The position numbers were made by a program, and so were the translations under genes. Below, in pieces: positions 45,101 through 59,830 of a stretch of DNA of 64,000 nucleotides. Source of the stretch: Eledone cirrhosa (lineage: Eukaryota); contig OZ024748.1 in NCBI GenBank assembly GCA_964016885.1, positions 42,532,001 to 42,596,000 of the forward strand, in the 5' to 3' direction. The notes beneath the pieces are model-generated. The model was given only the letters and a program-made list of their open reading frames with translations. It was not told the origin of the DNA and made no database searches. Position 1 is the stretch's first letter. Each line of letters begins with the position of its first letter.

Positions 45101-47728
45101 AATAATAATAGGGTTATATTCCCAGTGTTGTTAGAACTTACCAAATCAACAAATGCAATGTACAAGAACATTCCAGCAGATATCGCGAAGATCCATCGCC
45201 GAATAATAAAGTCTGTAGAAATGGCTAACCCAATAAAGAGTCCAATAAGGGCAGTTAAAGATGACAGGAAGTTAAATAAAACAGCTTTTTTGACACTCAT
45301 TCCATTTGACAAAAGGACAGCAAAATCACCTGAAAATATAGAAATTAGAAATATTATTGTTAAGGCCTCTTATTATAATCATGGATTAATGTTTTAACTA
45401 CTCTGCCAATTCCACTCATATAATAATCATATATGTGAAGGCGTGTGGCTTTGTGGTTAGGGTATTCAGCTTACAATCGTAAGGTGGTGAGTTCAATTTC
45501 CGGCGGTACGTTGTGTCCTTGAGCAAGACACTTTATTTCACGTTGCTCCAGTGTCACCACTCAGCTGGTAAAAATGAGTTGTGTCTGTAGTTCGAAGAGC
45601 CAGCCTTGTCACATTCTGTGCAACGCTGAATCTCCCTGAGAACTACGTTAAGGGACAACGTGTCTGTGGAATGCTCAGCCACTTGCACGTTAATTTCACG
45701 AGCAGGCTACTGTTCCGTTGATCGTATCAATTGGAACACTCATCGTCGTAACCGACGGAGTGACTGTTATTAATAATCATACGAAGAAAAAAAAGATGTG
45801 CAGGGGAGACAACTTTTACCTACCCAATTCATGTGGTATTTCATGACAAAGTACCGCAATACTTGTCATAAAGCCCATTGATATAGAAGAGGAAAAGGCC
45901 GCGCCTATAGTGAAACCATCCGCTAGGTTGTGTAAAGCATCTCCGAGTATAATTATTAAAGAGAGTGAAGAAAATTCTGAAAATATAAATATTTAAATAT
46001 ATGTGAGGATAGTAAGGTTTTGTTTATGGATATCAAGAATGCTTAAATGAGATAACTGCTTACCAGAGAATGTAGAGCAGGCATGTCAAACTGAGGGTCC
46101 CCCGAGGGCCACATAGGTGACATATGTGTTGTCTGAGGGCCACACACGACAACTAATTTTTTAAATTATATATTACGAAGACAAAACATGCTCGTGCAGT
46201 AAAATCATGTAGATACCCTTCCATCGTCTCCTAGGTCAGCAGTAGCCGACCTTTCGGACCTGAGAACCTCACGGACCACTAAATTAATAATTTTAAATCC
46301 CGTGGACCACTAATATGAATTTTTTAAAAAAGATAAATACATTAAAATATTTCCTCGGATCACCAAAAATTTCTCTCGGACCACTGGTGGTCCACTGACC
46401 ATTGGTTGACAACCACTGACCACTGGTTGGCGACCACTGATTACTGGTGGCCTGCTGACAACTGGTTGGCTATCACTGACCACTGGTTGGCAACCACTGA
46501 CCACTGGTTAACAACCACTGACTACTGGTTAACAACCACTAACCACTGGTTGACAACCGCTGACGACTGGTTAACAACCACTGACCACTGGTTAACAACC
46601 ACTAACATCTGGTTGGCGACCACTGGTTAACAACCACTGACCACTGGTTAACAACCACTAACCACTGGTTAACAACCACTAACCACTGGTTGGCAACCAC
46701 TGACCACTGGTTAACAACCACTGACCACTGGTTAGCGACTACTGACCACTGATTGGTGACCACTGTCCTAGGTGATGGTGTCAAACTAAATGATGTGATC
46801 TTCAGTTTTACCAACCTAAGCCGGGTTGATGTAAATAACAATAAATAAAAGACAAAAACAAAGAATTCTTACTCGGAGTTTCTTTAACTTTCGACTCAGA
46901 AATACTAATGGGAGCTTCTAAAGATTTCTTGCTGTCACTTGTGATTTTGTAAACTTCCTGTGTTGACTAGATTGAAAATAACATTTCATGAGCAAAATAT
47001 ATATTTACAACATTAGATATATCAATAATAATAGTTTCTGATTTAGGCACAATGCCTTTAATTTGGGGTAGGGGGAGGGCGATTAAATCAGCCCAGGACG
47101 TTATTGGTGCTTTATTTTATCGACCCCGGGAGAATGAAAAACAAAACTAATGTCATGATCAACTATTGGGATCCTAACTATGACACAAGTATCGATTATT
47201 GGAGAAATTTCTTATGGCGTATTCTTATAGATAAATATGTTTCTTTATTAGCCACAGGGGCACAAAAGAAGGGGACAAATACAAAGGGGGAAGTTTACAT
47301 ACAATAAAAACGTGTAAAATGTTATCACAAATGCAATTTAAAAAGTTAGTCGATTTTCCCCAATAGAGGGAGACAGTTTATATGGGTAACACATACCCCC
47401 GAAAAAATGTGCAACCCTCATCTTCAGGAGTACGAAGAGTTTGTACTCCTTTCCTCTCCTCCTCCTTTTCCTCAACCTACAGGCTGATATAGAGAGAAGG
47501 CCCATTCACTCGGGCCATTCTCGCCACTTCCACCCACCTTTCATAAAACTTGCTGGGGTACAACACCTCTCTCTCCATCCTAATTCTTCTTCCAAAGTGG
47601 TATTTGAAAAAAAGAATCAGTTGTTGGCCGGAGAGAAAGGTGTCTGACCTCAGCCCTTTCAACCTTGTCCACCATACAACCTCTTTCGCCATAGCTATCA
47701 CACAAAGGAAAACCGCCTCTCCTTCGTT

Positions 47729-47759
<31 letters not shown>

Positions 47760-50700
47760 GTAGATAGATAGACAGATGTACGCCGTAGTGACATACAGCG
47801 AGCATTACTTTTAACCTAGCAAAACCCACTACGCTCAAGGTCTGAGCACAACCGATTTCATTCAGAGAGAGAGAAAGAGAGACAGAGAAAATTGACCCCA
47901 GTACAGGACTGGTACTTTTTTATCGATCTCGAAAGGATGAAAGGCAAAGTTGACTTTCGCGGGATTTGAACTCGGAACGAATACCACAAAGCATTCTGTC
48001 CAACATTGCAACGACTCTGCCAAGTTGACACCTATCTGATGTGGAATAGTAACAAATTAGAACTAATATAAGCCAAACAGGTGTATATCGCCTAATTCAA
48101 CTTACCTGGAAAATTATTGGTACTTCATGTGTGTGTTCATGTTCCTGAAAGTTAAAGAAATTCCACCATTAATTTGAAATTTACGACATCTTCACAAACG
48201 CCAGGGAAAATAGTTTTAAACATTTACTAACCTTCGTTACAGCCACAAAAAAAACTTCAAGCAGGTAGAAAAAATAGGCACCTACAAAATATAATTTAAT
48301 TTTAGCTGAAGATGAAAAATAAGAGATAGATTTGTTATTGATTACTGACCAAAATTGTAGGGTGGGTGGCTGGTTGCCAGATACACCATGTATGTATATC
48401 TATCTATCTATATATATATACTGCTCGGGCGTAGCCGATCTGTGGGGCTATGTCGAACAACTGCTGTCAAGGGTGGGACCGATCCGGTTGACCACCGAGT
48501 CTATTGTAACGATCAAGCCGCCTCCCCCCTTCAAAGATGAAGCAGAGGCGGTGTTTCTGTGCGTAATAGCCATGGCGAAAGAGGTTGTATGGTGGACGCG
48601 TCTGAAAGGACTGAGGTCAGGCACCTTTCTCTCTGGCCAACAACTGGTCCGTTTCTTCCGATATCATTTCGGAAGAAGGATCAGGATGGAGATAGAGGTG
48701 CTGCACCCCAGTCGTTTTTATGAAAGGTGGGTGAAAGTGGCGAGAATGGCCCGTGTGAATGGGCCTTCTCTTTACATGAGCCTGTGGGTGGAAAAGAGGA
48801 AGGAACGAGGGAGCACCCCCTCTCTGTGCTCCTGAGGAAAAGGGTTGCACCCTTTTTTCGGGGGTGTGTGCGACCCCCCAAGGCGCCTCCTCTCTATTGA
48901 GGATTTTGTTATAAATTTTATTTTTTGTTATATCTTATTTTATTTTTATATTTTGTTATTGCCTCCTCCTTATTGAGGACGCCTTTTTGTGTAAACTCCC
49001 CCCTTTGTATTTGTCCCACTTTTGATGCCCTAGTGGCAAATAAAAGAAACATATCTATATATATATATATAACTTTCGCCCACTCTATTAAAAATAACAA
49101 AAAACTGAACCTAAAACTGATTAGGGTCCCTATACAAACTTATAGGTCCCTAAAAGAAACATTTGAGAAGGATGTGGGGAATTCCTGCGTGAAACCACTT
49201 AACCACGTCCTTCTCAAATGTCTCCCCACCCCAGACACCCCCATCCCACCAGACCCCACCCCACCAAACATCTCCGTCCCCACCCCGCCGGAAACCACCA
49301 CCAATCCAGACAACCCCTCCAACACCCCCATGGAAATCGTGCGGCCTGGTCCCCAGGAGACGAAGGGTGAGTGATCTCTTTTCCTCTTTTAACTTTTCAG
49401 CACCAACATGGCCAATATAAGAGTTGGATGTGTGAATGTACGCGGCCTGGGGATGCCCTGGAAACAGGGCAAACTCTTAAACGACCACAGGTCGCACAGT
49501 ATGGATGTGGTAGCCATTTGCGAGTCCAGGATCCACAGCGAGCGACAGCTGGCCCCCATCTTCGATGACTTTGAGATCTATGCATCTCTCTGTCAACCGG
49601 GGGGTGGGGGCGGAGTTGCCGTTTTGCTGCGGAAACACCTGGGCCTCGTAACACAGACGGTACATCTGGACCCGGAGGGTCGACTGGTGGTCCTAGACGT
49701 TGACGGTAGTGAAGGTGGAGCCATCAGGCTGGTGGCCGCATATGCCCCATCCGGGACACCGCGGCCAGACTTCTTCAAACGTCTAGAGACTTTTCTGGGA
49801 ACGTCCCGCTCCTTGCTTTTAGTGGGGGACTGGAATGGAATCCTAGATGCACGTTGGGACTATGTGGGAGCATGTCTCGATAAAGGGGGGTGTAATAGCC
49901 TCAAACAGTTAATCGACCGATTTTCCGACTGCGCCACTGTGGACGTGGACGGAACATCTAGATCGTACCTAGATAGGGTTCTAGTTAGAAATAAGGATAG
50001 GGACATGTTAAGCTGTCCACAAATGTTCATGGTTGCCTATTCAGATCACAAACTAGTGACCTGCATGGCCAACCTTGATAGAACCCATAGACAAGGACCC
50101 GGCTACTGGAAGCTGAACTTGTCGTTACCGACAAGCAAAGCCTACAGTAGACGGATTAGCACTTTAGTTAAACAGCACTTGACAGGGGCCATTGTGAACA
50201 ACAGATGGTGGTACTCTCTCAAGAAGGCAGTTAGATTAGACTCATTAGTTTTTAGTAAAGAATTAGCGTTAGATAGAAATAGAACCGAGAAGGAACTGGT
50301 AGATAAAGTAGAAGAGGCAATTAGAAGTGGCAACGTAGCCAGCGTGCTAGCAACGAGAACGGCCTTGGACCAGTTCTTCGACGCAAAGAACGAGGGCTGC
50401 GTCGTCAGAAGTAAAATACGTGCTCTGGGAAACGAGGGAGCCAAAGCTGTTAGCTGGGCCCGAGTGACAGAGGCAAAAAGTGGCAACAAGTCCACGATTC
50501 GGTCTTTGAAGGACCAAAACGGACGCGTGATACGTGAGCCGAAGCAGATGTGTGCGGCTTTTCAGCGGCACTTTTCTCAGCTGTTCGGGGGGGGGCGGGG
50601 GCGGGAGAGGCTATGGATTTCGGTCCATACCTCGACGGCCTATCGCGACTCTCGGACAGCGAGGCAAAGTTCTGCGAAAAGCCCATTTCAGCCACTGAGA

Positions 50701-52982
50701 TGGGGGACGCGCTGAGCCAATGCGGCAAACGCAAATCCCCAGGTCTCGACGGTCTACCCTACGAATTTTACGTAGCAATGCCGGACTTATTCTCCGGTCT
50801 CCTGGAAGCGGTCTACTGCAACTGGCAACAGAACGGGAGAATTCCCAGTTCTGTAACCGGGGGCGTGGTAACACTAATCAGGAAGGACGAGAATAAGGGG
50901 GATGACATAGGCAACTTCCGGCCCATAACTCTGCTAAACACAGAGTTACAGATTTTGGCCAAGGTGTTGGCAAAGAGGCTGGCGCTTGTCGTCGAGAACC
51001 TGGTGGGAGAAGCGCAGACATGCGCAATCCCGACCAGGTCCATACACGACAACCTCCACCTCATGCGATACATCATAGAGAGGGTAGGGTGTAAACCCGG
51101 CTTCGGTGGGGCCCTGATCAACTTGGATCAGTCTAAGGCTTTCGATAGGGTTGACCATCGTTACCTGGATGCGGTGCTCGAGGCGGCAGGCTTCGGACCC
51201 GTGTTCAGGGGCTGGATTGCTGCAATGCACAACAGCAACATCTGCTCAAGGGTCAAGGTGAACGGCTACCTCTCGGAGCCGTTCCATATTACGTGATCCA
51301 TTCGACAGGGATGCCCTCTCTTCTCCCTTCTGTACGTACTGACTCTCGAGCCACTACTGCGGAAGTTGGAGCTATTGCAGGGCATCACCCTGGAACCGGG
51401 ACTGCGGAAAGCGGCGTCGGCCTACGCCGATGACGTGACAGTAATGGTGTCGAGCGCCTCGCAAATCGAGGAAGTCGCCACCTTACTGAAGGAATACGAA
51501 AGTTTCACAGGAGCGAAGCTGAACCGGGACAAGTCCATCGGTTTGCAACTCGGATCGTGGAGAGGCAAACCGATGCCTTCCGATGGCGTCGTCGGACGCT
51601 GGACGGAAGGACCGGTAAAGCTGCTCGGGGTCTGGTTTGGTCCGGACCTCCAGGTGGAGAAGAACTGGAACGAAGTGACAGCCAAGGTGTTTGCACTCAC
51701 CCAGAAGTGGGCCGAGTGCAAACTATCCTTGAAAGGTCGAGCGGAGGTGGCGAACACTTTTATAGCGACCGCCATCTACTACCGCTTGACCGTCGTGCCT
51801 TGTCCAGCCAAAACGCTCGCCAAAATGGAACGCGCGCTCTTCCGATTCCTTTGGAAGAGGCGGGCTCCTTTGGTGAGAAGATCCATCTGCTGCCAACACC
51901 CTTCTAACGGAGGGCTGGGGACGCCGTGGTTGACGATGCGCAAACACGCGCTCAGGCTGCGGCATCTCTACGTATTCCTCACCGGACAACCGGTGTGGGC
52001 CCCGTTTGTGAGGCGAGCCTTCCCACGACTCGTCTCGCTGACCGAGCTGCAGTCCTGGGTCAAGCAAAGACCGAGGAAAATGGGCGACTGGCACATCGAA
52101 TTTGCTCAGGCGCTCACAGCCCTCTGGCAGGCGGACCCGGCGATCAGTAGAGACTCCACTCCGCCCGGGACCGATGGACAACTTCCAAAAGTCCCTGGCC
52201 TGGCAGTGCTACCGAGGAGCTCTACTAGTTCGAGACAAGCTCTACAGACATGGGCGCCCGGGCAGGGTCCCTGCAAAAAAGATCTGTCCGAGGTGCGTGC
52301 GAGACGAAGAAACAGTCGCGCACGCATTCATACACTGCCCGGGCGTCACTGACCTGTGGGGCTATGTAGAACGACTATTGTCGCGGGTGGGACCAGTCCA
52401 GTTGACCACCGAGTCCATTGTCATGATCAAACCGCCACCCTCCTTCAAAAGCGAAGGAGAGGCGGTTTTCCTTTGTGTGATAGCTATGGCGAAAGAGGTT
52501 GTATGGTGGACAAGGTTGAAAGGGCTGAGGTCAGACACCTTTCTCTCCGGCCAGCAACTGATCCTTTTTTTCAAATACCACTTTGGAAGAAGAATTAGGA
52601 TGGAGAGAGAGGTGTTGTACCCCAGCAAGTTTTATGAAAGGTGGGTGAAAGTGGCGAGAATGGCCCGAGTGAATGGGCCTTCTCTCTATATCAGCCTGTA
52701 GGTTGAGGAAAAGGAGGAGGAGAGGAAAGGAGTACAAACTCTTCGTACTCCTGGAGATGAGGGTTGCACATTTTTTCGGGGGTATGTGTTACCCATATAA
52801 ACTGTCTCCCTCTATTGGGGAAAATCGACTAACTTTTTAAATTGCATTTGTGATAACATTTTACACGTTTTTATTGTATGTAAACTTCCCCCTTTGTATT
52901 TGTCCCCTTCTTTTGTGCCCCTGTGGCTAATAAAGAAACATATCTATACATATATATCTATATATATATATATATATATCTT

Positions 52983-53051
<69 letters not shown>

Positions 53052-53525
53052 TGTCCTTATCCTCCCCTCTCTTCTCTCTCTCCATAGTCGTTTAAATAAA
53101 CGGTTGTTTTTCAATTATTTACATATTCATTTGCATATTCACACATAAGTTTGAAAATCTAATACATTTCCACTATCCAGATAATATCCAACCGATAAGG
53201 TATGATTTTCATGGGTATGTCTCTATTTATAAAACAAACTTTGTATTTTATCTGAGGAAAGCGTACCAATATGTTTTGGTACCCTTGAAATATATATAAT
53301 AAAATAAATATGGTTTTATAAATATAGTTTCCATTTATTTAATATCATTGTGTATATGTATATATATATATATATATATATCAGAATGGAGCCGGTAAAA
53401 ACCAGTTAGACCATTACTCATCACAGAATACTCGTTACTTGGGGTAGTAGAGTGGTTGTTCTTTAAACTTCTAGTTCGGATCTAGCTGTTGAAACGGCGG
53501 AGCTCAGTCGTCGGGGTCCTGAATT

Positions 53526-53593
<68 letters not shown>

Positions 53594-56500
53594 TACTACA
53601 TTTGCCAGCTTTACGCTGCCCTGTCCATAATCATAGCCATCCTCTTTTGATACATCTAGAACTACAGTAGCTAATATGTCCTTCAAATTTTAAGACGTGA
53701 GGCTGTGATTAACTGGAGATTTAGCAGTTATTTCTAGCAGGTCAAACGACCACGTATAAGCTCCCTCGTTGAGGTGTGTTACTGGAAGTTAGTTGTCCTT
53801 TAAACTTCTAGTTACACGGCACTACGAAATGGTCATGGATTTTAGTGATGTTTGTCTTAAGCAGTGGAGGCTGGGGTAACATATTGTTTATTCTTAAAGA
53901 AAAAAGACTCTAAAAATTGACAGTATTTTATGAATAGGGAGGGAGAGGATGTGGCATTAATCGTTTGCTTGAGATGTTTGACACGTCTTACATGCAGTCT
54001 CTTAAGACTTCGGGTTAAACATATAAACTTTAAATATACTTTAACAAACACCTAACTTCAATTGAAAGCTTGAAGAGAATTCTTTGAAGTTTTAGCAGGG
54101 GATCATGAACAAAGGAATTGGATAACATCAGCAGCAGCAGCAGCAGCAATAATGAGACAATCAGCCATTGTAATAGGGGAGGATTTTTCACTGTTAAGAG
54201 GAGAAGATCCAGAAGCTTCTGTATAGAGTTGCTTCTGTTAGAATCAACAGAAATATTATATCTTCTTCTTCTTCTTCTTCTTCTTCTTCTTCTTCTTCTT
54301 TGCCCACTTATGAGGGTCGCGGGGAAAGAGTCCTCAAACACTCCTTCCAGTGGGTCATGTCAGAAACAACCGTCTCCAACTGATCTGGCTGGATCCCCAA
54401 GCGTGACCAACCAAGCTCATGGATGTTATCCAACCATCTTGCTCGGAGTTTACCCTTGGGTCTCCTGCCTGTTGGTTTTGCCCGTAAAATCTGTCCAGTG
54501 ATTCTTTCCTCAGACATTCTAACTACATGTCTGTAGTATCGGAGCTGTGGTCTCTCAATTCGAAGATTCTTTCCTGAGACATTCTAACCACATGACTGTA
54601 GTACAAGAGTAGTGATCTCTCAATTCGGAGAAGTAGCGGCTCTACCTGAAATTTTAAATCTGAAGTTACTATGATTTTGAAAGTATAAAGTATAATTAAG
54701 CTTACCACCGAAGGTAGCCAAACAAAACCATAAATAGTTTGGTTGAGAACCTTCATCTGCCTCCGACTCATCATGACTGTGAATTCCAAGAGCCTGAAAT
54801 AGAGAATGTATAATCAACAAAAACTTCACATTATATCTAATCTAAGGCCGATGGATTGGCAGTATCGGTAGAGGGTTGGACGCCACGCTTTGAAGCATAG
54901 AGTTACAGCCCTTTATGGTATGAGTTCAAATCCCGCCGAGGTTAACTTTGCCTTTCAGCCTTACGGAGTCGATAAAATAAAGTACCAGTAATAAACTGGG
55001 ATAATTGCTGGCCTTGTGCCAAAAATAGAAACAATTATATCTAATCTAAGGCCTTCTCTTTCACGTTGAAGGAAACCCTCCCTGGTTAACTTCCATCACT
55101 TTCTGTTTGGTTTTGATCATGTCAGGGGTGTAGCCGTTCTCACCAAGGTTGGCCAATTGCGGGTTGGTGAGGTTACTTAACCCATGGTTGAGGTGGAAGG
55201 CCGTAGACTCTGAGGAGGTCATCTGCTCTTTTAACAGCAGCTCTTGTTTTTTGGGGGGTTGTAATGATCGGTGTTTCAGTTGTTTCACCAATGGAACAGC
55301 CTGCTCATGGAATTAACATGTGTCTGAGCATTTCACTCACGCGTGTACCTTTAACGTAATTCTCAGGGAGATTGAGTGTGACACAGAGTGTGACAGCTGG
55401 GCTCCCAGTTGCCATGGAAGTAAACATGTCACTGTAGTAAACATTTTACTGGAGTAAACATTTCACGTTAGTAAACATTTTACTGGAGTAAACATGTCAC
55501 GGTAGTAAACATTTTACTGAAGTAAACATTTCACTGTAGTAAATATATCACTGTAGTAAACATTTCACTGTAGTAAACATTTCACTGTAGTAAACATTTT
55601 ACTGGAGTAAACATTTCACTGTAGTAAACATTTTACCGGAGTAAAAATTCCACTGTCGTAAACATTTTACCGGAGTAAACATTCCATTGTAGTAAACATT
55701 TCACTGTAGTAAACATGTCACTGTAGTAAACATTTCACTGTAGTAAACATTTCACTGTAGTAAACATTTTACTGGAGTAAACATTTCACTGTAGTAAACA
55801 TTTTACTGGAGTAAAAATTCCACTGTAGTAAACATTTTACCGGAGTAAACATTCCACTGTAGTAAACATTTTACTGGAGTAAACATTTCACTGTAGTAAA
55901 CATTTCACTGTAGTAAACATTTCACTGTAGTAAGCATTTCACTGAAGTAAACATTTCACTGAAGTGAACAAATAAATAAAACATGTCCATCCTTAGAAAT
56001 GGTTTACAAATCAATTTAGAGATGTATTTCTAGTTTCCTTCACATCAGCTCGCGTGTACCTTTAACGTAATTCTCAGGGAGATTGGGTGTGACATAGAGT
56101 GTGACAACTGGGCTCCCAGTTGCCATGGAAGTAAACATTTTACTGTAGTAAACATGTCACTGTAGTAAACATTTTACTGGAGTAAACATTTCACTTTAGT
56201 AAACATTTTACTGGAGTAAACATGTCACTTTAGTAAACATTTTACTGGAGTAAACATGTCACGGTAGTAAACATTTTACTGAAGTAAACATTTCACTGTA
56301 GTAAACATGTCACTGTAGTAAACATTTTACCGGAGTAAAAATTCCACTGTAGTAAACATTTTACCGGAGTAAACATTCCAATGTAGTAAACATTTTACTG
56401 GAGTAAACATTTCACTGTAGTAAACATTTCACTGTAGTAAACATTTCACTGTAGTAAGCATATCACTGTAGTAAACATTTCACTGAAGTGAACAAATAAA

Positions 56501-58497
56501 TAAAACATGTCCATCCTTAGAAATGGTTTACAAATCAATTTAGAGATGTATTTCTAGTTTCCTTCACATCAACTCCTGTTTCTCCAGAATTCTTAACTGG
56601 TTTTACTTCTTCTTCCCAAACTTGTTTATAAACTGTCGTACACAAACACTGATTAATGGAAATTATAAATTCAGTAAGTATTGACAGGGTGACATTCTAG
56701 TGACTAACCCAAAATTACTAGCGACTAAATGTCACTTCTTACACCCTTTCTCGTACCAAGTCACAATGTAGAACCAATTATATGTTTAAAAAAACAAAAC
56801 ATTATTTTCTTTTTCTTCCTTTTCAAAACCGTGAACTTCTGATGAAGTCGCAAGAGCGCCGATGTGATAGACAGGGTGTCTGGGGTATTTTCAACCGGTT
56901 GGTGTCCATTCTCTCTCCATGTCTCAACACAACCGATTATTTCCAGAGGAGGCAGAAAAGACCGACGCTAATACTGTTTTAGTACTTTCTTTGTCGATAC
57001 TACACAGGATAACACACTAACGACATGATACTACACAGGATATCACACTAACGACATGATATTACACAGGATAACACACTAACGACATGATATTACACAG
57101 GATAACACACTAACAACATGATACAACACACTAACAACAACATATTATACACTAACAACATACTATATAATGATATAATGAGAGAGCTCTTACTTCAGGT
57201 ATTAAATGTATCAAAGCATCGCCAGCCAAAGTCCCAACTGCAAGTCCTTCGAAAAACGCCATTGTGTAAATAAAGATCTTTTTTTTATGGCATATAATGA
57301 TAACTACTCCCAGAACAGAACAGATACATATTATCAGCACAGACAACACTCCGTAGCCATATTCTAGAAAAATAGAGAAATAATTCATATTTATAGGAAA
57401 GGCATGTATTGATTATCTTAGAATTGTTATATAAAATGTTTTGTTGAGGGCGGTGGGTCATCACGGACGGGGCTGGTTAGAACAATAAACACAGGGAAGA
57501 CATCACAACTGAGATGGTGTCTAACACACTGAAAAACATCAAACAACTGGAAGACACCGGGACAAAATCTCAAACTTCTGATTGAAATATTTAACAGAGA
57601 CACCTGGTGTACTCGCAGAAATGTTTAATGAGATACTAACGGCGGAAGAGATAAAATCTGACAGGTTCACTAAGAGGAAAATTATTCTAATCCCTAAGAA
57701 TAATGACACAGCAACCCCCCAAAACTACAAACCCCTAACATGGCTTCCTATAAAGTCTAAAGTTGAGCTCAGAGTCTCATCAAGCAGGGGCTTATCAAGG
57801 TTACCGTGGCGTGAAACGACTGAGAGTACATGACACCAGGCCTTCACAGGGTTATATATGTGTGTGTATATATATATATATATATATAGGGCGAGTAAAA
57901 TTCCCAAGATCCATGGACGAGTTCTCTCCAGTGGTCTCTGTCCCTCATTATCGCTGCTATGTCCTGCATCTCAAAAGACCAGTGTCTGTACTTAGGGCAT
58001 CAACATATGTCAACCTTGGTCTCTCTCTTTCAGTGTGTCCATGCAGGAGCACTGAGTGCAGTGTCAACTCTGGATGTCGGTGAGCATGTCCAGCTAACCC
58101 CAGTCTCCTCTGTGCTACTCTCGAGCTGACTTTTGCGAGGCTCCCGTACAGCTGTGAGTTCTTCATCCTCAGTGTATACTGATTAATGTTCAGAGCCATC
58201 CTCAGCATTCTCGTGTAGCACCCATCCAACATCTGAGTGAGTTTCTTGGTCAGTGTCCAAGTCTTAGACCCGTACAGCAGCACAGACTCCACTACAGCAA
58301 CGAAGAGACGGATCTTCAGGTCTTTACGAACGTCCGACTGCCACACCGATCTCAAGCTGTGGCACGCCGCCCAGGCTTTGCTCTTCCTCTCGACCACATC
58401 ATCTTCCGTATTCCCAATCTTTGCTCCCAAATACAGAAAGTCCTCAATCAATTCTAGCGGCTTCCCGCCTACATTAGTGATCTTCTCTGGCTTCTTA

Positions 58498-58544
<47 letters not shown>

Positions 58545-59212
58545 AATGATACTTTGTGTGTGCAGGTGAAACTCTAGCCATAATAAATGAATATATATAT
58601 ATGTGTATGTGTGTGTGTGTGAGTATGTGAGTGTATGTGTGTGTGTCTCTGTGTGTGTCTGTATGTGTGTATGTGTGTGTGTGTATGTGTGTGTGTGTAT
58701 GTGTGTGTGTGTATGTGTGTGTGTGTGCGTGTATGTATGTATATAATACTCAACTTATCCGAGTTGCTCCTATCACCACCTTGTATACCTTGACAACGGT
58801 GCTCACACCCTTGACCTCCGTGGTATTCGACCACCCTCATAACCTAAAGACAGAGACGGTGTAAACCACGCAGTAATACACTGGGGGTAATTGCTGGATT
58901 TGTGCCAAAAGTAAAACAATTATTTATTATAATCAGTAAAAATATACTCACGCTCAGCTTGGCTCGGTTTTTTATCGAGACTCGGCAAAGCTATTTTCTG
59001 ACAAGCGCCAGAAACTATTTGTTGTACAAGAGCAGGGCAGAGACCCATAAAGTCCTCTTGTCGTAAAATCGATGAATTAATTCGATTGTTGAAGATAGCT
59101 AACAATTCTTGATCGTTAAAACACTTGGTTACCTACAAACATGAAAATATGAACCAAATGTAGAGTTATTGAATGAGAGGAACAAAATCAAAGACAGGCT
59201 ATTATTGATAGA

Positions 59213-59263
<51 letters not shown>

Positions 59264-59799
59264 TTCTCTCTTCCTCTCTCTCTCTTCCTCTCTCTCTTTT
59301 TCTCTCCCTCACTCTCTATCTCACACACTCACACACACTCTCTCTCACACACACACACACACACTCTCTCCCATTCTCTCTATCGATCTATGTCTCCCTT
59401 CCACTCTCTCCCCGCCCCCACCTCTCTTCCTCTCTCTCTCTCTCACACACACACATAATCTCTCCCTCTCTCTCATTCTCTCTATCGATTTATCTCTCCC
59501 TTCCACTCACTCTCTCTCTCTCTCACACTCTCTCTCTCTCTCACACACTCTCCCCCTCCCCCTCTCTTGTTTTATGTAAGTTTTAAAACCATTCACTCAC
59601 TTGTTTAATCGGTTCAAGAGATCGTTTGGAATGTCTGTGGTCGTGTTCTTTGGATGTTTCCTTATCTTTTTCAAGACCCAGACGTTGCATTAGTTTCTTA
59701 AAGTCTACCATAAATGGTAAAATAAATAAATATAGAAAGAAAGAAACAAAAAACAAACAAAAAATAAATAATAGAAGGAACCAAGAATTTAAAATAATT

Positions 59800-59830
<31 letters not shown>

